From: an uncultured Candidatus Binatia bacterium
GTDB lineage: Bacteria > Desulfobacterota > Binatia > UBA9968 > CAXXLF01
Reading direction: 5' to 3'
Assembly (NCBI GenBank): GCA_965218425.1
Contig: OZ244621.1
Location: 4,000,001-4,064,000, forward strand
DNA: 64,000 bases
Each line of letters begins with the position of its first letter. Positions within the stretch are counted from its first letter, which is position 1. The translations under genes and the position numbers were made by a program. The notes below the pieces were generated by a model, which did not search any database, had not been told where the DNA came from, and worked only from the letters and a program-made list of their open reading frames with translations. Positions 11,096-21,953 of this stretch are shown one piece after another.

Positions 11096-13053
11096 CGGCC
11101 ACCATCGGTCAGGGCAGTATCCTGTTGGCCTTGGCACTTTCCCTGTGGGGAATCGTTGCCCCGTTCATTTTTAGCCGAACCCGCAAGCAGCTTGTTTTCA
11201 CCAGCATTCGCTTTGGGATCCTCGGTCAATTCTTGTTTGTAACCCTTGCCGCCTCCTCCCTTATCTACGGTCTGATTACTACGGACTTTTCCATAAAATA
11301 CGTGGCCTTTAACACCACCCGGGCCACACCCATCTATTACCGTGTCACGGGTCTATGGGGCGCTTTGGAAGGTTCGCTGCTCTTGTGGGAATGGTTACTC
11401 ATTATTTTCTCCGCCCTGGTGGCTTGGATTTATAAGGACCGCCACCGGGAGCTGTTGCCCTGGGTGTTACTGATCTTCTCAATTGTCTCAGCATTTTTCC
11501 TTTCGGTCATTGCCTTTGCCTCAAACCCCTTCGAGCCGATCTTCCCGGTGCCTCCCGATGGTCGAGGGCTCAACCCGCTGTTGGAAGACGCCAATATGCT
11601 GACTCATCCACCGCTTCTCTACACCGGATTTGTGGGTCTCACGGTACCCTATGCCTTCGCCATGGCGGCGCTCATCATTGGAAAGCTCGATGCGGAATGG
11701 ATCGTTACCACCCGCCGCTGGACCATTACGGCGTGGTTCTTTTTAACCATGGGCAACCTCGTTGGGGCATGGTGGTCCTATCACGTGCTGGGATGGGGCG
11801 GTTACTGGGCGTGGGATCCCGTGGAAAACGCCGCCTTCATGCCATGGCTTCCCGCCACGGCATTCCTCCACTCGGTGCAGGTACAAGAGCGGCGCCAGAT
11901 GCTCAAGGTCTGGAATCTCTCCCTGATCATCCTAGCTTTCAGTCTAACTATTTTCGGTACGTTTCTTACACGGTCAGGGATCCTCTCCTCCATTCATGCT
12001 TTTTCTTCAGGACCCGTGGGTTCACTATTTCTCGCATTCCTTGCGTTTATCCTGGTGGGCTCATTCGGACTTCTCGCCTATCAGTCAGATCGGCTGAAAG
12101 GGCAACCCTTGTTGGATTCGCCGGTGAGCCGGGAGTCGGTCTTTCTCCTTAATAACGTGGTTTTGGTATCCGCCCTGTTTACCATCTTTCTTGGCACCAT
12201 CTTTCCCCTCCTTTCGGAGGCGGTGGCAGGCGTGCAGGTAAGCGTTGGAGCTCCCTACTTCAACTCCGTCACGGTGCCGCTATTTCTACTTTTGGTCTTT
12301 CTCATGGGAGTGGGACCCATGATTGCTTGGGGCAAGGCCTCTTGGGACAACCTCAGACGAAACTTCCTGTGGCCTTGCATCGCTTCGCTGGTGGTAGCCC
12401 TCGTCCTTTTTATCTGGCGCGTTCAGTCGTTTCTGCCTCTGTTGGGTTTTACTCTTTCGGCCTTTGTGGTGTTCACCATTTTGTTTGACACTGTGTTTTT
12501 AATGCGCGCCCGGCATCGCATCGCCGGCGAAGGGTTCATACGCGCCCTGGGCACCCTGGTACGAAAAAACCAGCGCCGTTACGGCGGCTTGGTGGTCCAT
12601 CTCGGTGTGGTCCTGGTGATTATGGGCATCGGCACCTCCATGAGCTACAGCGTCGAGCGGGAGGCAACCCTCCAGCAAGGACAGGAATTGACCGTGGGGC
12701 CATACAAAGTGCGATTCGATGGTTTGAAGGGCTCCCAGGAACCCACCCACTTTCGGATAGAAGGAGCATTTCGGGTTTTCAACAACGGGGATGATCTGGG
12801 CACCCTGTCCCCCGCGCTCAAGTTTTTTCCCAGCCAGAAGTCCCCTATTGGACGAGCGGTCCACCGTACCACCTTATCGGAGGACCTGTACGTCATCCTT
12901 TCGGGTTTCAGCGAGATAGAGCAAAACCAGGCTACGTTAAAAATTTTACTTCGGCCGCTGGTGAGTTGGATTTGGATTGGCGGATTTGTCATGGCCTTGG
13001 GCACCCTGGTGGCCGTCTGGCCCGTGGGGCGCTTTTCCTCACGGGAGAGTTAA
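11092..13053 (+). CDS. ccmF: Cytochrome c heme lyase CcmF
   Basis: HPPLLY, GWGGYWAWDPVEN, LTRSGILSSIHAF. Confidence 0.97.
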   Translation: MTATIGQGSILLALALSLWGIVAPFIFSRTRKQLVFTSIRFGILGQFLFVTLAASSLIYGLITTDFSIKYVAFNTTRATPIYYRVTGLWGALEGSLLLWEWLLIIFSALVAWIYKDRHRELLPWVLLIFSIVSAFFLSVIAFASNPFEPIFPVPPDGRGLNPLLEDANMLTHPPLLYTGFVGLTVPYAFAMAALIIGKLDAEWIVTTRRWTITAWFFLTMGNLVGAWWSYHVLGWGGYWAWDPVENAAFMPWLPATAFLHSVQVQERRQMLKVWNLSLIILAFSLTIFGTFLTRSGILSSIHAFSSGPVGSLFLAFLAFILVGSFGLLAYQSDRLKGQPLLDSPVSRESVFLLNNVVLVSALFTIFLGTIFPLLSEAVAGVQVSVGAPYFNSVTVPLFLLLVFLMGVGPMIAWGKASWDNLRRNFLWPCIASLVVALVLFIWRVQSFLPLLGFTLSAFVVFTILFDTVFLMRARHRIAGEGFIRALGTLVRKNQRRYGGLVVHLGVVLVIMGIGTSMSYSVEREATLQQGQELTVGPYKVRFDGLKGSQEPTHFRIEGAFRVFNNGDDLGTLSPALKFFPSQKSPIGRAVHRTTLSEDLYVILSGFSEIEQNQATLKILLRPLVSWIWIGGFVMALGTLVAVWPVGRFSSRES

Positions 13054-13056
13054 TCC

Positions 13057-13623
13057 ATGGCCTGGCGGCGTTTGACCGTTACTGTATCAGCCATCATGCT
13101 TCTTATCGGGCTATTGGCCTATAGTTTTAAACGTGACCCGCGCTATATCGAGTCTCCCCTCATCGGCCACCCCGCCCCAACCTTCGTCCTCACCCTGTTT
13201 GATGGAAAGCGTATCAGCCTTCAGGACCTGCGCGGAAAAGTGGTGTTCCTCAACTTCTGGGCCTCCTGGTGTCCTCCCTGCCGAGCCGAGGCGAAGGACC
13301 TGGAAGCCGGCTGGCAGAGATTTAAGGATCAGGGTATCGTCTTCGTGGGAGTCAACATCCAAGACAAGGAACCCGCTGCTATGGAGTTCATCAGCGAATT
13401 TGGCATCACGTTTCCCAACGGACGGGATGCTAGCGGTCGAATGGCAGTAGATTATGGCGTGTGGGGAATCCCGGAGACTTTTTTTATCGATGCCGAGGGG
13501 AGAGTTACCTATAAACATGTGGGAAGCCTTGGATGGCCCATCATTTCGGCTAAACTGGACGAGGCCCAACGCAGTCTGGTGAGCGCCAGTGAAGGAAGAG
13601 GGGATTATCAACCTATTCGGTGA
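13057..13623 (+). CDS. ccmG: CcmG/DsbE-type thiol-disulfide oxidoreductase
   Basis: NFWASWCPPC, GIPETFFID; N-terminal TM; position in operon. Confidence 0.88.
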   Translation: MAWRRLTVTVSAIMLLIGLLAYSFKRDPRYIESPLIGHPAPTFVLTLFDGKRISLQDLRGKVVFLNFWASWCPPCRAEAKDLEAGWQRFKDQGIVFVGVNIQDKEPAAMEFISEFGITFPNGRDASGRMAVDYGVWGIPETFFIDAEGRVTYKHVGSLGWPIISAKLDEAQRSLVSASEGRGDYQPIR

Positions 13624-13629
13624 CCCGGC

Positions 13630-15230
13630 ATGAAATCACGACTTTATTTGTTGCTACTCTTCTGGTTCATTCCCGCATCCATACATGCAGAGTCGGTGGA
13701 TCTGGAGGAGCAGGTTCGCCGGATCGCAACGGAACTTCGTTGTCCCGTGTGCCAAAACCTCTCCGTGGCTGACTCTCCCTCCGAGATGGCCCAGCAAATG
13801 CGCGCCATCATTCAGCGACAACTCAAAGAGGGCAAAAGTCCGGATGAGGTAAAAACCTACTTCATTTCCAAGTACGGTGAGTGGGTCATGTTAGCCCCCA
13901 GGGCAAAAGGGTTTAGCCTGCTCATCTGGATTCTTCCCTTCGTTGCACTGGGAGGAGGGATCCTCTTTGTGGTTGTCATGGTTAGGCGTTGGGCGAAAAA
14001 CAGACCTGAGCGCCCATCCACCGCGGCGGATCCTGCCATGGCTCAACGGATACGCCGGGATATGTCGCGGCGAAAAAATTGGGAAGTGCCCCCCCATCTC
14101 GAGGGCCCACAAGTGCACCTGCTGAGAGAGCGGGCAAGGCTCTATAATGAGATTCAGGAGCTGGAGTTGGACTACCACGCAGGTAAACTTTCCGAGGCGG
14201 ACTACCACGAGGCGCGCCAGGGCTACGAAGAACAGGCCTCAGGGGTGCTGAGGGAACTTGGTTCCCAAGTTCCCTCCGAAAGCCAGAATCCTGTCAAAAA
14301 GGACGAGCCAAAATCATCCCAATCTGGTTCCCGCCCGGGTTGGGTCTTTACCGTCACGGCCGCTTTCTTACTTCTATTTGGCGTGACCCTTGGAGTTTTG
14401 CTTAGTCATTCCTTACGGACCCGAACCTCGCCGCAAGACAGTATAACGGGCGATTTTCTAACCGGAACCACCGCGCAACGGGGGGATCTGGATGCCCTCC
14501 TCAAGCAGGGTCGAGACGCCTACTCTCGCCAAGAGTGGGCACAATCCATCGATGCATTTAAAAAGTACTCGCTATTGAAGCAAGACATCCCGAGGCTCAT
14601 TCATACATGGGGCTCATCCTGGCGGGAGCCGGCCACGGCGATGCTGCGATTTTGGCCTTTAACCGTGCCCTCTCCATCGACCCCGATTACGCCTTGGCCC
14701 TATGGGGCAATGGAATGGTGCTTTATCGTCAAAAGGGCAATCTCCCTGGAGCGCGCGAAAAACTGAAAAAGCTCCTGACTCTGTTACCTCCGGGCGCTGA
14801 AAGGCAAAACGTTTTACAGACCATCGCGGAAATCAACCAGCGGAAGGGAACCCGGTTGGCGAGTCAGGCGGCGCCTGTGACCGATGGAATTCAGGGAACC
14901 ATTTCCATCGAGCCTAAACTCAAGACGAAACATCAGGAGGGAGGAACCCTGTTCATCATTGCAAGAAGGGCAGCCACCCAAGGCGGACCACCCCTAGCGG
15001 TGAAGAGAATTGCGAGCCCGGTATTTCCTCTTTCCTATTCCCTGGGTAAAGAAAATACGATGATTCCAGGGAGCGTCTTTGAAGGGAGGGTAAACATCAT
15101 CGTTCGACTGGACCAGGACGGTGATCCCCTCACCAGAGGACCTGATGACCTTACGGGAAGTTATGAGAAGAACCCCGTCGCAATCGGTTCCCAAAACGTG
15201 GACATCGTTTTGAGCGCGGGGGTTCAGTAG
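13630..15230 (+). CDS. ccmH: CcmH-CcmI (TPR) fusion, split by a 1-nt frameshift near 14560-14565
   Basis: LRCPVCQN motif; TPR-like helices; C-terminal CcmI-like GPPLAVKR...FPLSYSL; adding one A to TTTAAAAAG joins ORF 13630-14766 to ORF 14607-15230. Confidence 0.85.
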
Positions 15231-15321
15231 ACGACCGGGCAATTAATTCAATGGTACATATTCGGCCTGGACGGCAGGAAAGTACATTACAGGAATACCG
15301 CAATCGGGATCATCCCTTTTT

Positions 15322-15680
15322 TCATTGAGCCGTCTCCACCACCCTTGCCATTTCCACTACTGTCTCAAATGCACGGTCTAAGTCGAATTCAGCCAAATCT
15401 TGCTCTCGTAAAACGCCCTTCAACTGACGCTCAATCTGGTTCCCAAGCTCCTTGAGCCGTTGCGTAGAGACATCCACTGGCTCGTTACTGGGAACCGTCA
15501 ACTTTGCCTTCACCTGAGTCACTAGGTCCATAGATTCCGGGCGGATGCCACCTTTTCGGACGGCGTGATCAATATCATAAAAGTCGCGGACCGCAACCTC
15601 CCAGCGTGAAAGGGCGGCTCGAAACTTTTCGGAAATTGCCCCTATCTTTGCAATGAAGCACACGGCATGATCGGAACTGA
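15322..15680 (-). pseudogene. C-terminal fragment of AbiEii/AbiGii-type nucleotidyltransferase toxin
   Basis: EKFRAALSR.EVAVRDFYDIDH motif; N-terminal NTase part absent. Confidence 0.65.
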
Positions 15681-16073
15681 GGATCCAAAGCACTTGCTGA
15701 GTGATCGCCGATTGTTCCAACGTTTCCGGGGATTGAGCCACTCAAAATGGCATCCCCAAACCCAACTACTGATATAAGGTTCGTTCTTCTCTCGAATCTC
15801 TTCGCGGAATCGGGGAGTTGGATTTTCTCCTAATCCAGCAAAGTAACTATCTACTTTAACGCATACACTCCTAGTGGCTTTATAGTCCCAACATGGCCGT
15901 CTTGCCCATTTCCAACGGCTTCTCACTTCACCACGCAATGTATCGCTTCGCATTGTATCTCCTCTTTTCTCTTCATTCTAGAACCGAAAGAGTCGTAAGT
16001 CGGGGAAAATTCCATTGGTTCTACACTCTCAAGGCATTGATCTGTATGGTGTGGCCTGCTCCCCTTTTTGTCC

Positions 16074-16925
16074 TCACCTATAAGTTAGTGGTGTTTCGTT
16101 GTGGTCCGCTCCGGACCGGGTTGCAAACTCCATCGGTGTGAGTCCGTTAAGGTTCGTGTGTGGTCTTCTGGCGTTGTAGTCGACCCTCCAGTCTTCGATG
16201 ATCTCTCGCGCATGGCGGTAGCTGATGAATATGTGCTCGTTCAGGCATTCATCACGCACACGCCCGATGAAGCTCTCCACCAACCCGTTCTGCATGGGCT
16301 TGCCCGGAGCGATGTCGTGCCACTCTACCCGGCGACCCTGCTGCCATCGCAGCATCGCATTCGACGTGAACTCGGTGCCGTTATCGGACACCACTAGGAG
16401 GGGATCACCGCGCCGTTGAGCGATGTGGTCCAGTTCTCGGGCAACCCGCTCTGCGGTGATGGAGTTGTCTACGATGGTGGCCAGGCACTCCCGTGTGAAG
16501 TCGTCGATCACGCAGAGCACACGGAAACGCCGGCTGTCGACCAAGGCGTCGGATGCGAAGTCCACCGACCAGCGCTGATTGGCCCCTTGCGGGATCGTCA
16601 TCGGCGCCCGGCTCCCAAGCGCCCGCTTGCGACCGCCCCGTTTGCGCACCGCCAACTTCTCCTCCTTGTAGAGCCGGTAGAGCTTCTTGCGATTCACCAC
16701 CACGCCTTCCCGCGCCAGCAACAGGTGCAGGCGCCGATACCCGAAACGACGGCGTTCCGCCGCCAGCTCCCGCAGCTTCTGCCGTAACTCCCCGTCATCC
16801 GGTCTCATCGACCGATAACGGTAGACCCGCGGCTCGATGCCCAACAGACCACAAGCCCGCCGCTGCGAGTCACCCTTTTCCTTCATCGCCCAGTCCACGG
16901 CTTCTCTCCTGGACCTGGGCGTCAG
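16074..16925 (-). CDS. IS3 transposase OrfB
   Basis: [33 protein letters not shown]; 5' boundary approximate. Confidence 0.9.
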   Translation of the reverse strand: MTPRSRREAVDWAMKEKGDSQRRACGLLGIEPRVYRYRSMRPDDGELRQKLRELAAERRRFGYRRLHLLLAREGVVVNRKKLYRLYKEEKLAVRKRGGRKRALGSRAPMTIPQGANQRWSVDFASDALVDSRRFRVLCVIDDFTRECLATIVDNSITAERVARELDHIAQRRGDPLLVVSDNGTEFTSNAMLRWQQGRRVEWHDIAPGKPMQNGLVESFIGRVRDECLNEHIFISYRHAREIIEDWRVDYNARRPHTNLNGLTPMEFATRSGADHNETPLTYR

Positions 16926-17188
16926 AAGTCTTTTCCCACCATCTCCTTGAGCGTCGATACGTCCAGCATCGCGTCCGCCAAAAGACGCTTCAGCTTGGCG
17001 TTCTCCGTCTCCAGGCTCCGAAGCCGTTTCGCCTCAGACACCTCCAGCCCGCTATACTTCGAGCGCCACTTGTACAACGTCGCGTCACTGACGCCGTGCT
17101 TGCGACACAGCTCCGTCGCCCCCAGCCCCGCCTGGTGCTCCTTCAGAATCCCGACGATCTGTGTTTCGCTGAACCTGCTCTTGCGCAT
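16922..17188 (-). CDS. IS3 transposase OrfA
   Basis: [43 protein letters not shown] slippery site near its end. Confidence 0.92.
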   Translation of the reverse strand: MRKSRFSETQIVGILKEHQAGLGATELCRKHGVSDATLYKWRSKYSGLEVSEAKRLRSLETENAKLKRLLADAMLDVSTLKEMVGKDF

Positions 17189-17447
17189 GCGTGCCCCTCC
17201 TCTTCGGTCAAAGACTAACCTCTAGGTGAGGACAATCAAGGGGAGCAGGTCAGGTGGCCGAAGCAGTTCTATATTGGTTGATCGTTCCTTTAATTCTTAT
17301 CCCTATCGGACTCTTGTTGCTGATTCGTCGCTGGACAACAGAGATCGTCGTCTGATCTACAAGCGTGGCCGGGTAGCTAAGAAGAACGACGAGATGAGTC
17401 TTAACCGAATCGAGGAAGTCAACCGTTCAGTGAAAAGCCCCGAACCG

Positions 17448-17891
17448 TTAATTACGAAACTCAATATCCCGTAATGGCACCACGATGCTATGGCCTTTGA
17501 GCTGCTTCACCATGATGTCATCGGCAGTGATCAAAGGGTATCCGAGGTGCTCGGCCAAGGCCACATAGAGGGCGTCGTAGATGGTGATTTTGTAGACCCA
17601 GGCGATGGCGTTGGCTTTGCGAAAAAGGTTAAAATCGGCGGGTTTTACTTGGAGATGTAGGTTTTCGAGCACATGAAGTGCCTCAGCACCGTCTTCCTCA
17701 TTTGCCCTCGGTGCGTATCTGAGAGCGTTAAGGATTTCCAGAAATGTGAGTTCAGAAACAAACAGACTGGAACGGCCAGATGTATGGAGTTCCCTAAGAC
17801 CAAGAGCGCGATCACGATCTTCCTCTTCCATGAACCATTTGACCAGGACAGAAGCGTCCACAACGTAGCCAGCATGATAAGTAGGGATCAC
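17448..17891 (-). CDS. vapC: VapC-family PIN domain toxin
   Basis: VVDASVLVKW, EILNAL, YDALYVALAE, LITAD. Confidence 0.9.
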   Translation of the reverse strand: MIPTYHAGYVVDASVLVKWFMEEEDRDRALGLRELHTSGRSSLFVSELTFLEILNALRYAPRANEEDGAEALHVLENLHLQVKPADFNLFRKANAIAWVYKITIYDALYVALAEHLGYPLITADDIMVKQLKGHSIVVPLRDIEFRN

Positions 17892-18160
17892 TGATCATCT
17901 TTCAAATTGGTGTCGCGGAATTTCCGAATAATTGCCTGGGCGTCCCAGCGGCCAAGTTTTTTAGCTAAGCGGTCCATCCTCTCGGAGGCCTTTTTCATCT
18001 TTTCCCGCTTTTCCTTCTCTTCCCGTTTCTTCCTCTTCTCGTGCAGATACTCTTCCAATGCCTCTTGAATGAGAGCGCTGCGGCTGGTTCCCTCGTCTTT
18101 TACTTCTTCGTTGATTTCTTCGAGCAATTCGTCTCTTAAAAAAACATTCACACGCCCCAT
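17888..18160 (-). CDS. Ribbon-helix-helix (CopG-like) antitoxin
   Basis: MGRVNVFLRDELLEEI..GTSRSALIQEALEEY; 4-nt overlap with vapC. Confidence 0.85.
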   Translation of the reverse strand: MGRVNVFLRDELLEEINEEVKDEGTSRSALIQEALEEYLHEKRKKREEKEKREKMKKASERMDRLAKKLGRWDAQAIIRKFRDTNLKDDQ

Positions 18161-18173
18161 AGCACGCCCCCTT

Positions 18174-18208
18174 AACACACTTGAAACACACCAATAGTGT
18201 GTTGTCAA
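18174..18208 (-). promoter_or_regulatory. TA promoter with probable operator
   Basis: Minus-strand TTGACA 18208-18203; inverted repeat AACACAC-N5-GTGTGTT 18185-18203; third AACACAC at 18174-18180. Confidence 0.65.
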
Positions 18209-18396
18209 ACGCACACAGTCCAACGAGATTCATATACTTTAAACCTGAATGATGTCAAGAACTTAGGATAGCACTAAAGGACAAGAGGCCGTTTTGTTAT
18301 GAAATTCTGGATCGACTGGAGAGCCTATTAAACGAGCGATGAAAGATTTGTGATGGAGTGCTTGACGGTGACTTGCCGGGAAAACAGAAAACCGGC

Positions 18397-18750
18397 TTAC
18401 AGCCATTTCCATCTACGTAGGATATCTAGGGGAGTCTCTTTTACGCTCATGTCCGGGTCTTCGAGGAGAGCCTCGATCTCTTCCCTCAATGCCCTCAGGT
18501 CCCGCTGCTTTCCCTCCTCGCTCAATCGTTTTAGAGCCGATCCCCGAATCCTGCCGTCCTCGTCCCGCAGGCATTTTCGGTATACTTCCACATAACCGGG
18601 GGTCTGAGCCATGGGCCTTAAACAGACCAAGGCGTCGAAGCGGAGTTCGGCGTTTTTGTGTTCCAGATATTTGAGATAGACCTTCGTGACTTCTTCTTTC
18701 TTTGAATAAAATCGCCACAGGTTGAACAGGATGGTCCTCTTCTGCTCCAT
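18397..18750 (-). CDS. HEAT-repeat-like protein, possibly a fragment
   Basis: Repeats of the type LEHKNAELRFDAL, LRDEDGRIRGSAL, LLEDPDMSVKE. Confidence 0.55.
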   Translation of the reverse strand: MEQKRTILFNLWRFYSKKEEVTKVYLKYLEHKNAELRFDALVCLRPMAQTPGYVEVYRKCLRDEDGRIRGSALKRLSEEGKQRDLRALREEIEALLEDPDMSVKETPLDILRRWKWL

Positions 18751-18936
18751 GGGATCATGGTCAAGCCGGTCCGGCAGGAGGCCTAGAATGCGGTCGTCTC
18801 ACAAACGGATTCCACATATCTCTTGGCCTTCTCACAAACTCGTTCCCGTGGTTCAATTCGATGACGCAATTCATTTCAATTTCACGCCTTATCGTTTATT
18901 GCCTTTGAGGTTATCTCCCTCACGAAGAAATACGGC

Positions 18937-20556
18937 TCACCACCCTATGGCATAACTTTCCCGTCTCGGGTCCGCTCCACTCATCCAGGTCCCCGTCAAC
19001 GGATCCTTGACGATAACGGCTGCGTCGCCAAAGGACCACCGACCCACAATCTCAACATTGTGTCCTTTTGCAACAAGTCCATTCACCACGGCCGGAGGGA
19101 TGCCCTCCTCTACCTTTAGTTCCTCCGGGAGTTCCGCCGATGCGGGCGCCGTCCCCGGCCGATGGCTCCAGCGGGGCAACTCGATAGCGGCCTGGGGAGA
19201 GAGCCGTCGGTCGAGCAGATGGTGCAGGACCTGTACGTTGGTTTGTGGCTGGTCATCCGCACCCGGTGTCCCACCCACGGCAAAGAACTCGTTATCCCGT
19301 AAAACCATGTACGAATTCAAAGTATGGGCGGGTCTCTTTCCCGGCACCAGTGCATTGGCCTTACCCGGATTGAGATTACAACTGGACAACCGGTTATTCA
19401 TCACCATACCGGTATCACCGGCCACTACCCGGGAACCAAAGATCGAAAAGATACTTTGAATCAGAGACACCACATTGCCATCCCGGTCCACCGTGCAGAG
19501 ATACGTGGTATCGCTGCCCAAGGATGCGTCGAGGCGCTTGCGTGACCGGGCTCTGTCCGAAATTAAGCGACGTCTCTTGCCGGCATGCTCCTTTGAAATC
19601 AACCGTGAAATTCCCAGATCGCCAAAACGCGGGTCTTCCAGGTGATTGATGCGGTCCTCGAAGGCGAGCTTTTTAGCTTCCACCATCATATGGATATCAT
19701 CCACTGGATCCATACTTGGCAGCGAATAGCCCTCCATAATATTGAGCATCTCCAGAACGATGAAACCCTGGGATACCGGAGGTTGCTCGAACAGGGAAAA
19801 ATCGCGGTAGGTTGTGGTGACGGGTTCCTTCCACTCCGCATGTCTCGCCTCGAGGTCCTCCTGGCTTATGATCCCGCCTTCCTTTCGAAGCGCGGCGCAC
19901 ATGCGCGCTCCGATTTCTCCTTCATAAAATGATTTCCTGCCGGTCCTCACAATTTCTTCCAGAGTCTTAGCCAGCTCTTCTTGCACTAGATACCTACCGG
20001 GCACGGGAGGATCCATAGGCCTCCGAAAAGACCGGTCCACCCAGGGATAGAAGGGGGCAAGTTCAGAGACGGATTCCAGCAACGTTCTATAGGCTGGGAA
20101 TCCATGGCGGGCGTAACCGATGGCGTCCTGAGCCAGCCTCGGAAGTTCCATGGTTCCATATTTCGAATGGAGTTCCATCCACCCATCCACGATACCAGGT
20201 ACCGCAATGCTCAAGGGGCCGTCTGAGGGAATCAGAGACAAACCCTTATCCTTGAAGAATTCCACCGTGGCTTTCCTTGGCGCAGGGCCGCTTGCATTTA
20301 GGGCCTCCACTTTTCCCTTGTCCTTTATAAGGACAAGGGAAAAGAGATCACCTCCGACTCCACAGGCCTGAGGCCGCACCACCGCCAAGACAAATGAAGC
20401 CGCCAGGGCGGCATCCACGGCATTACCTCCCTCTTGCAACGCCTTGACACCAGAGAGGGAAGCGAGGTGGTGACCTGAGGAGACCACACCGTTACAACCC
20501 ATCACGACGGGTCGTGCTGTTGGCGAATGGTTCAAAAGAGCTGGTGAAGAATTCAT
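18937..20556 (-). CDS. ggt: Gamma-glutamyltransferase family Ntn hydrolase
   Basis: GGNAVDAA, GVGGD, DTT nucleophile site, PGKRPAHTL, GADPRR. Confidence 0.92.
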   Translation of the reverse strand: MNSSPALLNHSPTARPVVMGCNGVVSSGHHLASLSGVKALQEGGNAVDAALAASFVLAVVRPQACGVGGDLFSLVLIKDKGKVEALNASGPAPRKATVEFFKDKGLSLIPSDGPLSIAVPGIVDGWMELHSKYGTMELPRLAQDAIGYARHGFPAYRTLLESVSELAPFYPWVDRSFRRPMDPPVPGRYLVQEELAKTLEEIVRTGRKSFYEGEIGARMCAALRKEGGIISQEDLEARHAEWKEPVTTTYRDFSLFEQPPVSQGFIVLEMLNIMEGYSLPSMDPVDDIHMMVEAKKLAFEDRINHLEDPRFGDLGISRLISKEHAGKRRRLISDRARSRKRLDASLGSDTTYLCTVDRDGNVVSLIQSIFSIFGSRVVAGDTGMVMNNRLSSCNLNPGKANALVPGKRPAHTLNSYMVLRDNEFFAVGGTPGADDQPQTNVQVLHHLLDRRLSPQAAIELPRWSHRPGTAPASAELPEELKVEEGIPPAVVNGLVAKGHNVEIVGRWSFGDAAVIVKDPLTGTWMSGADPRRESYAIGW

Positions 20557-20711
20557 GACCTCAATGAGTACGGATCTTGGGTCCAGAGGGTGAAATTCTA
20601 GGACCTATAAATTAATGGAGGCAAACTACACTCCCCGGTATACCATTAAGGCCGGGTGCAGCCTGCCTCCTAAAGGCAACCTCGATTCAATTTCGAACTT
20701 CGATACGTGGC

Positions 20712-21134
20712 TCAGTCCACGAGCTCGCCGGCATCCTGCCCCCCACCCGTTTGATAAACGATCCTTTTCCCCGTGGCGTCATCGATTTCCGAGCGCTGCC
20801 CACCCGCCTTGGCAAGATCTCCCTTGGTGGGATGGTTGCTATTGCCCAAAAGAACCATGGGTTCATCATGTGGGTTTGAACCTTCATAATACTCATGGGC
20901 TGGTATGCTGATTATCTTGCCGGGGGAAAGCTCATGGGTTTCATTAGGCCCTTTCATGGTGCCTTTCCCGGTTAAAACATAGTAGGTTCGGTCACCGGGA
21001 TGACTATGCATCCTCTGGACGTCGCCCGGGGGGAAATACAACAACCACGTATCCAGGTTCGCTGTCCTAAAAAGGTTGACCCTTCGCCCCCTTTTTAACT
21101 CCTTGAGCGCCTCATTCGTTTCTTTGATTTCCAT
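20712..21134 (-). CDS. Cupin domain protein
   Basis: MHSHPGDRTYYVLTGKG...IPAHEY. Confidence 0.8.
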   Translation of the reverse strand: MEIKETNEALKELKRGRRVNLFRTANLDTWLLYFPPGDVQRMHSHPGDRTYYVLTGKGTMKGPNETHELSPGKIISIPAHEYYEGSNPHDEPMVLLGNSNHPTKGDLAKAGGQRSEIDDATGKRIVYQTGGGQDAGELVD

Positions 21135-21468
21135 AAATTCCTCCTCTGAGTTAATACGTCGACACCCCGAGGCAGTTCACGATCTAGCAAGATTCATTTC
21201 GCCTGAATTCAATCCATATCCCCACCCAAGCAGACAGTCAAGTGTATGTATAGCTAAGAGGGCCAAGAAATTGCCTAGCAACCCTACATTTCCCAAAATG
21301 GACCATGAGATAGGAAGCTTAATTTTTGTACCAATGGACAATACAGATTTCACCCGCAGGACGGCATAAATCCCATCCGTATTTGATTTTACAATATTTT
21401 AACAACACCCCATGGGAAACAATTTGGCATGATCCATGTTTTATTCACAGGATGGAAGGGGAACGTCC

Positions 21469-21890
21469 ATGTTCAACAACAATACTAGCCAGAATGAGGG
21501 CCCGCTGCTAACCGTCTTGGGCACAAGTATCTATCCTGAAGGAAAATTCAGTATTACCGAATATATACAAATTGAATATGAAGTATTAGCTGAGATTAAT
21601 GTGGATGGAAAGCTGATTATAGAGACAGAGGCATTGTTAAAGCCGATGTCTACGCCACGGATGCCATCATCATGGGACACTGCGAAGGAAACATGGTTGC
21701 CACGGGCAATGTAGAGATTGCTGCTTCAGGGAGAGTCTCAGGGAACATTGAAACGGACTCCCTTGTTATCCCCCAAGGGCAGTTTTTTCAATGCTCAGGT
21801 AACCAAAATGCAGCGGGGCGCTGAAATAATCCAAGAAGAGCGGCATAGCGTCGCCCCGGCATTGTTCGCGCATAAGAAAGCTAACGAAGT
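21469..21890 (+). pseudogene. Bactofilin-family pseudogene (two frameshifts)
   Basis: EGKFSITEYIQIEYEV.EINVDGKLII / ADV..GNMVATGNVEIAASGRVSGNIETDSLVI / FFNAQVTKM; matches the intact paralogue at 57735-58169. Confidence 0.85.
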
Positions 21891-21953
21891 GCGTGTCAAC
21901 CGAGTCCCCATAAACCCACGCGGGTACCTTATAAAAAGGCCCCCGCACTCGAA

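Larger units (their letters stand above)
16052..17252 (-). mobile_element. IS3-family insertion sequence (IS407-like), distinct from the first
   Basis: Imperfect terminal IRs TG(G/A)CCTGCTCCCCTT..GTCCTCACCTA; 4-bp target duplication GGTG (16048-16051, 17253-17256). Confidence 0.95.
15938..17433 (+). pseudogene. Membrane-flanked bacterial PH-domain (bPH_2-like) gene, interrupted by IS3
   Basis: With IS removed: ERVVSRGKFHWFYTLKALICMVAEAVLYWLIVPLILIPIGLLLLIRRWTTEIVV, then after a frameshift RLIYKRGRVAKKNDEMSLNRIEEV. Confidence 0.65.

Noticed and set aside
18791..18839. Short direct repeat TCTCACAAAC
   Set aside because: Only two 10-bp copies, no supporting context
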